Shown here piece by piece: positions 37,975-48,620 of a stretch of 64,000 nt of DNA. Made by a program: the position numbers and the translations under genes. The notes under the pieces were generated by a model. That model was given only the letters and a program-made list of their open reading frames with translations. It was not told the origin of the DNA and ran no database searches. Source of the stretch: Octopus sinensis (Eukaryota); contig NC_042997.1 in the NCBI RefSeq assembly GCF_006345805.1, positions 39,804,001 through 39,868,000 on the forward strand, in the 5' to 3' direction. Each line of letters begins with the position of its first letter. Within the stretch, counting starts at the first letter, position 1.

Positions 37975-38519
37975 CACTTTTGAGTGCTACTGGTAACATG
38001 TAACCCAGTACAACCTTTTGCATGGTCGGGTCGTCGGCGACTAAACCGGCAACCCCACCAAGCTTGCTTGGTGAGGAGGGTGTTTATTGGACACCCTGCG
38101 GGATGAAAAACAAAACCCGTCAAAGGACGGAGGAACTCTTGAGAGTCAACGGCCATCCAATAAATGTCTTAAGGCTGGATCATGCGCGGGGACATAGAAA
38201 TAATCAGACTGAATACCCGATCACGCGGTTAAACCATTGGGAGTGAAGGACCCCTAGCCCTTGTTAGGGCATCCTTCTAGGAGAAGGTAACTCAGGTAAC
38301 TGGGATAACTCCGATATAAAACCTGCGGCTCAGCGGTTACCGATGATGTTGACTTGTTCTTCTTTTCGGATTATGGCTGTTGTTGCTTAGTGAGTGGGAT
38401 TGACTCAGTGCACAGCCTTTCCCCACTTAAAAAAAATCTTCTTGCACAGGCATTGCACGATAACAACATTGATTAAGTTTCGTGCAATGGCCATACTCGA
38501 TAACGAGGGGGCAGCCACC
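37975..38519 (+). mobile_element. Non-coding, CpG-rich, structured retroelement (probable bipartite non-autonomous RTE derivative)
   Basis: Flanked by atgtatgc direct repeats. Contains gggcatccttctaggagaaggtaactc, which resembles an RTE 5' UTR motif, and many hairpins. Confidence 0.55.
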
Positions 38520-39032
38520 ATGTATGCATGTATATATGTACACTTGCATGATTTTTGCTGACTTGACAGGGCTGTCTGTGGAGTTGATAGTCATCCAACA
38601 GTTGGGAGTGGGAGGCCCCTAGACTTTGTTTAGATATCTCTCTAGAAGGAAAGCTCTGATGTAACACCTGTAATTTCATTTGCATCCAGTGATGTAGATT
38701 AATTTGGGGCGGGGGGAGGCAAAAGCATACATTGTTCAGAGAGCAGGATTGGCTCTGTGTAAGGCATTCCCCCACTTTGGAAAGCTTCAGACAGGCATTG
38801 CTTGATTTTTACCTGCATACTATGGCTGTCCATAGTCAAAAAGGGCCAAACACTTAATGAAAAATTCCATGATGGAATGAAGGCATGTGTCAGCATGGGT
38901 GGTAAATCTCTGAACACCTACGGCAAGAGGCAGCACTGTTACTACAAAATCACATCTGTACTGCTTTAAAAGAACAATCAAGTGATGCCATTGCTTGGAA
39001 TTGAGTGGCAGCAATCATGGATGTATTCATGA

Positions 39033-39325
39033 TCATCATCATCATCATCGTTTAACGTCTGCTTTCCATGCTAGCATGGGTTGGACGATTTGACTGAGGG
39101 CTGGCGAACCAGATGGCTGCACCAGGCTCCAATCTCGATCTGGCAGAGTTTCTACAGCTGGATGCCCTTCCTAATGCCAACCACTCCGAGAGTGTAGTGG
39201 GTGCTTTTACATGCCACCGGCACAGGGGCCAGTCAGGTGGTACTGGCAATGACCTCGCTCGAATGTTTTTACACGTGCCAGTAAGGCGACGCTGGTAACG
39301 ATCACACTTGAATGGGCCCTTTTAC
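39033..39325 (-). mobile_element. RTE LINE 3' UTR fragment
   Basis: (CAT)n plus the family sequence. Confidence 0.85.
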
Positions 39326-39742
39326 CGCTCGGATGGTATTAAAAACATGAATATTTTCAGGTTTGATCTTTTTAATGAAGGATCTTCATATTTCCTTAAA
39401 AGACCTTTATGTTTAGTTTCGAATAGTAACATACTTAGATCAATTAGTCCATTAACGTTTCGAGACGTTCAGTTCCATCTTCGGAATAAGGTAAAGGTTC
39501 AAACAGTATGTGACACACTCCACTTACACCTGTTTCATTCCCATGTAATCTACACAATGCTTTAAGTGGTATATATTTTGGCATATCAAGAATGACTTTT
39601 TTTAGTGAGAGATAGTTGGATAAAGATCTATGGTCATTCTCTAGTGTTGTGAATAAATCATTTTTGCTAAACACTACTGTCTTGAATATGATGACCACAT
39701 TTTTAAAGTTTGCCAAAGAGTATGTGTGTGTGTGTGTGTGTG

Positions 39743-39883
<141 letters not shown>

Positions 39884-40764
39884 ATAATTAATCAGTTAGT
39901 CTGGGAAGCTGGAGATAAGAGCTATATGAAGAAGACGGAAAATATATGGACTGGCTAGACACATCAAATTAAAATAAAAAATATTGGAGTTTGGAGGCCA
40001 GCTTTTGTTCTTTTGAAAATATATGGATTCTAGAATTCTTATATACACGAGGCATTTATGTGGGGTTCAATTAATTATCAATGAATTTGATTTGTTTCCA
40101 ATTTGATTTTGCTGCAGTTGACTTTGAGACTAAATACATTTTCTTACAAATGTTCACTACCATACAAAAACTATACCAGCTATGCAAATGGCCTTCTTTA
40201 AATTCATTATTGCCATTCTCTTTCAGCTTACAAGACAAATTTGGCTGGAGCAAAATGAATAAGCCAAGATAAGGTAAATTTGCCACTTAAGTTCTCCAGA
40301 AAACAGGCTCATATACATTAATATCCATTGCTTGATATCAGATGGATCAGAAATGCAAAAAACATTTATAGCTAGGCCAAATGGCACATGATATGAAATT
40401 AGTGAAACTTGACTAATTAAAAAAAAGAAATCAACATAAAATATTCTCTTGGGCTTCTTCTTGATCTTCTGGAGCATCCCCTTCATGATCTATTTACACA
40501 CCATGCAGTTAAGGAGAAATTGTTGAAATTAGATGTTACTCGTTTTACCCCGTTTTAGACATGTTTTGAAACTTTGAATCTAACAAAGGAAAGAATATTG
40601 ATTGCTAAACACCAGGAATTATCCTGATATTTTATTAGCAACCTCAATTACAATTGGGTTAAAATTGAGGAAAAATTTCTTGAAGAAAAAATACCTGTCA
40701 CTTCAGCAGCAACAACCAAGCTGACAATTTTTATTACTAAATATAATGAAGTGCCACTCCCAAA

Positions 40765-41565
40765 CTGTTGAAGGAATCCGGGATTGATGTAGACCTAGGA
40801 AGACATGGGATGAGGTGGTCAAGCATGACTTTCTTAGGTTGGGCCTCACAAAGGCTATGACAAAAAGACCAAGACCTCTGGAGATATGCTGTGACTTCGA
40901 AGACCTGACAAATGAAATGAGTTCATGGCTTGCAGGACGGCCTGCTGTGCTTGAGGAGGCCTATTGTGTCAAGTACATCAACATCAAAATAAAAATTGAA
41001 TGGATATTGTAGTTGTGATATCAGTGCCAGTGACACATAAGGCCTCACAGAGGAAATGATGAAGACCAAGACCTCTAAGATATGCTGTGGCTGTGAAGAC
41101 CTGATGAATGAAGTGAGTTCATGGCTTGCAGGACGACCTGCTGTGCTAACCTTGGATCATAGAGTGACCTGCTGTTCTTGAGGAGACCTATTGAGTCAAG
41201 TACATCAACACCAACATCAAAATATAAATCAAATGGAAATTGTAGCTAAGATACCGATGACAAGTTAAAAGCACCGTCCGAACGTGGAAGATGCCAGTGC
41301 CACCTGACTTGCGTCCGTGTCGGTGACACATAAAAGCACCAACCGATCGTGGCCGTTTGCCGGCCCCCTCTGGCACCTGTGCCAGTGGCACGTAAAAAAG
41401 CACTCACTACACTCACGGAGTGGTTGGCGTTAGGAAGGGCATCCAGCTGTAGAAACACTGCCAGATCAGACTGGAGCATGGTGCAGCCTCCATGGCTTCC
41501 CAGACCCCGGTCGAACCGTCCAACCCATGCTAGCATGGAAAACGGATGTTAAACGATGATGATGG
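40765..41565 (+). mobile_element. RTE LINE 3' end with an internal duplication
   Basis: ORF end (RPRKTWDEVVKHD...LGLT), a duplicated ggcctcaca...cctgctgtgct block, then UTR and (GAT)n tail. Confidence 0.85.
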
Positions 41566-41792
41566 TTATAATTATCAAATTAAATGTTTCATTTTATAAA
41601 ATAAATATGATTTTGAGAATAAAAATTTAATCAATTAAACAAGCACAATGTTTCGTATGTAAAGAAATAACGATATCTTGAGTAAAATATAACGTTAGCC
41701 TATGTTCTTCAGGATAATTAATTTGTTAGTAAGCATGCTTTGTAGCTTTTTTTTTTTTTTTCTCAGGAGGTCAATTTCAAATATTAATCCTT

Positions 41793-42360
41793 AAGCGAGA
41801 TCGTTAGCATGCCGGACGAAATGTTTAGCGGTATTTCGGCTATCGTTACGTTCTGAGTTTAAATTCCGCCGAGGTCGATTTTGCCTTTCATCCTTTCGGG
41901 GTCGATAAATTAAGCACCAGTTACACATTGTGGTCGATGTTATCAACTTAATACCTATGTCTGTCCTTGTTTGTCCCCTCTATGTTTAGCCCCTTGTGGG
42001 TAATAAAGAAATAGGTATTTCATCTGCTGTTACGTTCTGAGTTCAAATTCCGCCGAGGTTGACTTTGCCTTTCATCCTTTTGGGGTTGATAATTTAAGTA
42101 CCAGTTACGCACTGGGGTCAACGTAATCGACTTAATCCGTTTGTCTGTCCCTGTTCGTTCCCTCTGTGTTTAGCCCCTTGTGGATAGTAAAGAAATAGGT
42201 ATTTCGTCTGTTTTCATGTTCTGAGTTCACATACCGCCGAGGTCGACTTTGCCTTTCATCCTTGAAAGGTCGATAAAATAAGTACCAGTTGAGCACTGAT
42301 ATGATGTAATCGATTTATCCCTTCCCTAATCTTGCTGGCCTTGTACCAAAAATTGAAACA
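41793..42360 (+). mobile_element. SINE family C trimer
   Basis: One head followed by three tandem bodies, each restarting at ggtatttc. Confidence 0.85.
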
Positions 42361-42739
42361 ATTACTATTATTATTATTTTCATTATTCACGGTGTACACG
42401 AATGTTTGACATTCGGAATCAATGTCCTTGATACAGGGTCACGACCATTTTCCTTAGATATTGAGGATCTTTCTTACAATCCTTGTGGTTCCTAACAGAG
42501 CAAATTTCTCAGTTAATGCAACTCTAGTAGTAGCGATCTCAATAAGGGAACCGTCAGGTTCGTTGGCAACCGTTCCTAAGGTACCCATACCAACTGGGAT
42601 TACTTTTCTAGGAACCTTCCACAGACACACCCACCTCTTTGACCTGATGCTAATAATTTGCTAATCCAAAATGAAAGGGAGCTAACTGTTAGAAAACATT
42701 TTGTTAGTTATCTATCTTTAAACACGAGAGAGCGCTCAT

Positions 42740-43200
42740 AATAACAAACTCGACGGAAAGCGGCACATGTCAATTTTTTTTTCTCTCTCTGTCGGCATGC
42801 AGATGTATAAACTTTCACTGCATGTAAGTACATTTCTTCTGTAAATCCGCTCTTCTTCGTAATTATATAACGATATTCGAAAGTAGATACCTCTTTAAGA
42901 AAGCAAAACATATGTGGAAGGCAAAAATGATCATTTAGATGTCACCTTGCAGTCGACTTTGTTTACGTTGTCAGTAATTGTTCTATAATTTCGCGCACCT
43001 GCCAATCGGCCGCATTTAAACCATTTTTGTATTTAACGAATTATAATATTCAGCTTTAATTTTTGAATAATCTTCCGATTTATACGAAAATAAAGAAGCA
43101 AGGAAACGAACGGGGGAATATATGTCTTGACCTTATCCAGTTCTCCTTCCGACTTAATTTATAAATTAATTTGTTTTAGCGCTTCGGGTTGGTTCGTTAA
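42740..43200 (+). promoter_or_regulatory. Probable COQ8 promoter / 5' UTR region
   Basis: Unique, locally CpG-enriched sequence directly upstream of the CDS. CCAAT at ~43002, candidate donor GTAAGT at 42824 and acceptor TTGTTTTAG ending at 43179. Confidence 0.45.
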
Positions 43201-43210
43201 ATCTCTCATT

Positions 43211-45163
43211 ATGTCTCGCCGTACTAACGAACTTATCGGTTTATTCAAAGGAATCGAAAGTATTAGTAAAGCCTTAATTGAAATAAATTCAGCAGAATTA
43301 AATACGTTCTGGCAAAATTCTAGTCTGAAATCTGCTTCCGAAAATGTTGCAAGTTGTGCTTCTCAAAGAGTTCAGAACTCTGATTTCAGTGGGTCTGATG
43401 CTCGCCAAAGAATATCTGATAGCTTTCAAATATTGTCACAACAGACATTTGGCATTTTTAATGCACTCTTTAACCAGAACGCCTTGAAAAAAGATATTGA
43501 AGTTGAAGAATCCGGGGAAGATGTTCTCTCAGATTTCCCAAATATTTATGATAGTGAAGCAGGAATCGATGACATAGTTATCCAGTCGGAGTTGTTTGCT
43601 CCGAAATCTACTGAAGAGAAGGAACGAATCCCCTCAGACGTAAAGGAAGAGAGAAACGCCAAAGAAGTACCAGCGGTAGAGATGGAAGTTCCTAAGAATT
43701 TATCTGATGAGCAACCTTCACCTGAATATGAGACTGTAACGGCTAAACAGGACCCTGAATTACTTTCACCAAAGTATAATCTGGAAACTAAACAAGAGCT
43801 GTCTAGTATATCAAAGGAAAGACGTGTACCTTCGTCCAGGATTGCAAGGTTAGTTAGTTACAGTGGTCTAGCTGCTGGCCTGGGTATTGGGGCCTTGGCA
43901 GAAGTCACACGACGAACACTAGGAAAGAAAACTCCGGATCAAGTTAGTAAAACAATACTAGGGCCTAGTCCTTTCATGACAGAAGCCAACATTGAACGAG
44001 TAGTAACCACTTTGTGTCGTGTGAGAGGAGCAGCTCTGAAGCTCGGGCAAATGATGAGCATACAAGACAATACTTTAATTAGTCCTGAACTCCAAAAAAT
44101 ATTTGAACGAGTTCGTATGAGTGCAGATTTCATGCCAAAATGGCAGATGATGAAGATATTAAATTCTGAACTTGGTTCAGATTGGCAAAACAAAGTGTTG
44201 TCTTTTGATGAGAAACCTTTTGCAGCAGCATCAATTGGCCAAGTTCATCAAGTTACACTTCTTGATGGAAAGATGGCAGCAATGAAAATTCAGTATCCTG
44301 GCGTTGCAGAGAGTATCGACAGTGATATAAATAACTTGATGGGAGTATTAAAAATATGGAACTTCATTCCCAAAGGTGCTTATCTTGATAACATGATAGT
44401 CGTTGCTAAAAAGGAGTTAACATGGGAAGTGGATTATGCCAGAGAAGCTGAATGTGGACAAAGGTTTTATGAACTTCTGAAAGACGATCCTGTTTTTGTA
44501 ATTCCAGAAGTATACAAAGAATTAAGTACATCACGAGTTTTAACCACAGGCTATATTGAAGGTGTTGCAATTGATAAATGCATTGAGATTGATCAAGAAA
44601 CAAGGAACTGGATTGGTAAACATTTACTCAGGCTAACTCTTAACGAATTATTTAATTTTAGATTTATGCAAACTGATCCTAATTGGGCAAACTTCTTTTT
44701 TATTCCTGAAACAAAACGAATTGGTTTGTTGGATTTTGGTGCTAGTCGCGAATTTAGTAAATCTTTTGTTGATAGATACATGAAAGTTATAAAATCTGCT
44801 GCTGACCAGAACCGTGATGGTATTCTCAGTGGTTCTCTTGAACTTGGATTTTTAACTGGATACGAAACCAAAGTAATGGAAGAAGCTCATATTGATGCTG
44901 TAATGATTTTGGGGGAAGCTTTCTCGTTTGACGGAGAATTTAATTTTGGTACCCAGAAAACTGCAAAACGCATTCAAAACCTTGTTCCTGTCATGATAGA
45001 ACACAGATTAACGCCACCTCCAGAGGAATCTTATTCTCTTCACAGAAAAATGTCCGGTGCTTTTCTTTTGTGCACAAAATTAAAAAGTAAAGTAAACTGC
45101 AAGGAACTTTTTGAGGATGTATGGAACAATTTCCAACTTGAAAACACAAACGTGAACCAATGA
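43211..45163 (+). CDS. COQ8: Atypical kinase COQ8A/B (ADCK3/ADCK4, UbiB/ABC1 family), mitochondrial; intronless CDS, 650 aa
   Basis: Uninterrupted ORF with ERRVPSSRIARL, KxGQ motif (GAALKLGQMMS), A-rich loop (FAAASIGQVH), MKIQYPGVAESIDSD, MQTDPNWANFF, LLDFGA and LTPPPEESYSLHRKMSG. First ATG (MSRRTNEL) at 43211. Confidence 0.95.
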   Translation: MSRRTNELIGLFKGIESISKALIEINSAELNTFWQNSSLKSASENVASCASQRVQNSDFSGSDARQRISDSFQILSQQTFGIFNALFNQNALKKDIEVEESGEDVLSDFPNIYDSEAGIDDIVIQSELFAPKSTEEKERIPSDVKEERNAKEVPAVEMEVPKNLSDEQPSPEYETVTAKQDPELLSPKYNLETKQELSSISKERRVPSSRIARLVSYSGLAAGLGIGALAEVTRRTLGKKTPDQVSKTILGPSPFMTEANIERVVTTLCRVRGAALKLGQMMSIQDNTLISPELQKIFERVRMSADFMPKWQMMKILNSELGSDWQNKVLSFDEKPFAAASIGQVHQVTLLDGKMAAMKIQYPGVAESIDSDINNLMGVLKIWNFIPKGAYLDNMIVVAKKELTWEVDYAREAECGQRFYELLKDDPVFVIPEVYKELSTSRVLTTGYIEGVAIDKCIEIDQETRNWIGKHLLRLTLNELFNFRFMQTDPNWANFFFIPETKRIGLLDFGASREFSKSFVDRYMKVIKSAADQNRDGILSGSLELGFLTGYETKVMEEAHIDAVMILGEAFSFDGEFNFGTQKTAKRIQNLVPVMIEHRLTPPPEESYSLHRKMSGAFLLCTKLKSKVNCKELFEDVWNNFQLENTNVNQ

Positions 45164-46432
45164 TATTTTAAACAAAGAAGTAATTTATCATTTATATAGA
45201 GATGTTATTGTTTTTCTTTTCTCATTTTTGTAGATAAATTGTTTGAAAGGTCTGTAAAGTGAGTGTTATTGAATTTAAATTCATATACAGAAAAAAAAAA
45301 GATTAACATGTCCCCATGCATCTTGCTGGAGTTGACCTTACCTTTCATTCTTCAGGGAAAAAATAAAAATCAATACCGGTTATATATTGTGGTTGACTCA
45401 TTCTGCTATATTTCATTTGTACAAATGTATGTTCTTGTGTCAGCATTTTATTAAACATAAGTTCTTGAAATCAACTGTACATTCTTCCACATATTCTCTG
45501 TATTGCATATGAGGATAAGAATTATATTTCTACATATTTTTTATTTTTTGTTTCTTTTCCCAAACACTGATTGCCATTTGACAATTGGTTAACTGTGCAA
45601 CTTTCCATTAAGTTGATTTTACCAAGAGCTGCAACTGTCAGAATTCCCTCACCTCTGCTCACATTTTCGTGCTAACATTGATACACAAGTGATCCAACTG
45701 AACTTCAACTGCAAAGATCTCATCAGTCTTGGAGGGCTGCAAAAGACAAGGACACTACATCCCCTCTTCTAAAACCAAAAGCAACCAAAGAAAAACATAC
45801 GTATAAAAAATTAAGTTTTCTTCAAAACTCAAGTCTTTATTTTAAGAAATTATAAGAATTCGAAAATAGATTCTCTAATTGCCTTCTGTAGTACAATTAT
45901 ATTATACTTTGTTTGTGGAGTTACAGATGATGAAAGACCTTTTAATACGGGTAGATTAATTTGTAAATGTATGCGGCTTCAGCAAGAATACCACAAGTAA
46001 TAACAGAAGGGACATAACTATGCTGTGTTAATAAAACTTCGTGGTTGACAATCATTCAAGATATTGTTTTTCTTTTTGTTATATTGTGCAATGTGTCCTA
46101 CTATATGTAATGTTTTTAGAAATATTTTATTCTTGGTTTGCTCTCTTACCATTTTAATTGGATGTGATTGTTTTGAGATTTTCTCTTTTATGTGTAATTA
46201 GCCAGTGATTTTCCAAGGGAGATAATATTCCATTTTTCAGCTACTTATCTACCAATTTCTCTTCAATCATCATCATCATCATCATCATTTAACTATATTT
46301 AGAACCAAATGATTGTTTTCATGAGAATACTGTATATATCATGAGACTCAAAGAAGTACCATTATTTTGCTGTAAGGTGTTTTAATAAACACCTTTAAGA
46401 AAAGATATTCCAGCCATGGCCATTCTGTTTAA

Positions 46433-46795
46433 TCTCTCTATATAAAGCTGAAGTTGTCTGTGTATGGCAGGTTTGGTAGCCTTCAACTAACATTATCTCC
46501 TCCGAGACCCTGCGGCGCAAGTTGACCAAAATTGAGAGTATGATAGAAGAAGGCTTGCTCTTCCTTCCGTAGAAGAAAAAATTCAAATCGGATCAAAAAG
46601 GTGCTTTTTTTCTATAAAAATCCCTATTTTCTACGATTTTTTGACTGCTGTGTCGCCATTTTTCGGTGTACTTCAACCAGAAAAATGTTCACTTAAATAG
46701 AATAATAAGCTACATAATGCAAAATTTTTACTTTTCAAAAATTCCAATTCTAAAGGGTCGAAATGAAGCCGAGCAACGCTGGGCGATACTGCTAG
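46433..46795 (+). mobile_element. Non-autonomous Helitron-like element (different body, shared 3' end)
   Basis: A|TCTCTCTATATAAAG start and ccgagcaacgctgggcgatactgCTAG|T end, as in the 57439 family. Confidence 0.75.
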
Positions 46796-47064
46796 TTTAG
46801 ATATAAGTAGGAGTAGGATACTTGTTATGTCCTTTTTTGTTATGTCCGTAGTGTTGATTGTGGGGTATTTGACTGCTATTTCAAGTTATACTTGTACACA
46901 TTATATTCTTTTATGAAAGTGCATTTAAGTACATTCATAACTTTTATAGATAATCCATCAATCATATTTACTTTAATAGATTATAAGCTGAGATGTTTTG
47001 TTATCAATTATTTTTTTCCTAGATTGTTTACAACTTCATTGCATATTTTATATACCATATAAAG

Positions 47065-47410
47065 AGAGGTAAAGACCCTTTTTGGTCATGAATAACCTTG
47101 GGATTGCACCTAGGAAGTTTCCCTCTGAGGCACAAGTCCAGGCAAGGTTGTTTATGGAAGACCAGCAGTTGCCCATACATAGCAGCCTCCCCTCTCTATG
47201 CCATCAACTTTATCCAAGGGAAAGGCAATAGCTGATACAGCTTGGCACCAGTGATGTTGCAACTCATTTCTATTGCTGAGTGAAGCAGAGCAACATGCAA
47301 TAAAGTGTCTTGTGCTCAAGAACAGAACACACAGCCCGGTCTGGGAATCAAACTCACTATCTCATGATTATGAGCCCGACATTCTAACCACTGAGCAATG
47401 TGCCTTCACA
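47065..47410 (-). mobile_element. tRNA-derived SINE, fourth family
   Basis: Minus strand reads gctcagtggttagaatgtcgggctcataatc...gagtttgattcccagacc (A/B boxes). Homolog at 14430-14670. Confidence 0.75.
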
Positions 47411-47816
47411 TACTCTTACTCTTTTACTTGTTTCAGTCATTTGACTGCGGCCATGCTGGAGCACCGCCTTTAGTCGAGCAAATCGACCCCAGGACTTATT
47501 CTTTGTAAGCCCAGCACTTATTCTATCGGTCTCTTTTGCCGAACCACTAAGTTACGGGGACGTAAACACACCAGTATCGGTTGTCAAGCAATGCTAGGGG
47601 GACAAACACAGACACACAAACATACACACACACTTATATATAGATATATACATATATACGACAGGCTTCTTTCAGTTTCCGTCTACCAAATCCACTCACA
47701 AGGCATTGGTCGGCCTGGGGCTATAGCAGAAGACACTTGCCCAAGATGCCACACAGTGGGACTGAACCCGGAATCACGTGGTTGGTTAGCAAGCTACTTA
47801 CCACACAGCCACTCCT
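47411..47816 (-). mobile_element. SINE family B
   Basis: Reverse complement. Confidence 0.9.
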
Positions 47817-47864
<48 letters not shown>

Positions 47865-48620
47865 CCATATATAACACAACTTTATATAAAAAATGAATTA
47901 TGTTCTGTTGTATTTTAATACATCAGTAATTTTAGCATCATGTGTTAATAAAACAATTTTTATCATATTATCATTGTAATATATTTTTTTTAACATAATG
48001 GTGCAAATGGAGCAGGTGTTTTGAAATTTATTCCATTAAAAGAGATCTCCACAGGGAATTAGATTGCAAAGAGCTTATTTTTTCATTTACAAAGTGTTCT
48101 TTCTCTCTCAGAATCTTTATGCAAGTTGTTGCCGAAAATGTGTACTGGTTATGTCTGTCAGCAAGCCATCTTATATAGTTTGAAATGGAATTAAAATATT
48201 AGAATGTACTTTATTCACTTGGAAGTTCATATTTTGCTTTTATTTTCAAGGGTTAGAATATTAATTATTTATAATTAACATACTCAGTGTTGTCTTTGCC
48301 AGGTTGACTTTTAAGCATTTCATTTCTAGGACCTGCTTCTGTTTGAACATTTCCTCGGATTCTTTGACCATTTTCTTCTGATTCTCTTCTATTCATTCTG
48401 CTAGCCATGTTGTCTTGAATGAACAGAGGAATGTAGAGTAGAGAGAACTCTTGAGTTTTGCCAGGGATAAGGCAACCTCACATATTAAGTTTTAGAGTCA
48501 TGATAAATTTTACCCAGGACACTCTATAAGGTGATTGGTGAACAAAAGGGAAATGACATAAGGTAGGGATCACTCCATAATCTTGCCAGGGACAAAACTA
48601 TCTTAGTTTTGCTAGTGTCA

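Noticed and set aside
40223-40486. Hydrophobic ORF as a GPCR or membrane-protein exon
   Set aside because: No recognisable motifs. Hydrophobicity is expected from T-rich antisense sequence.
43127-43210. 28-aa N-terminal extension of COQ8 in the ORF track
   Set aside because: It starts at TTG and looks like UTR or intron end. The first ATG is at 43211.
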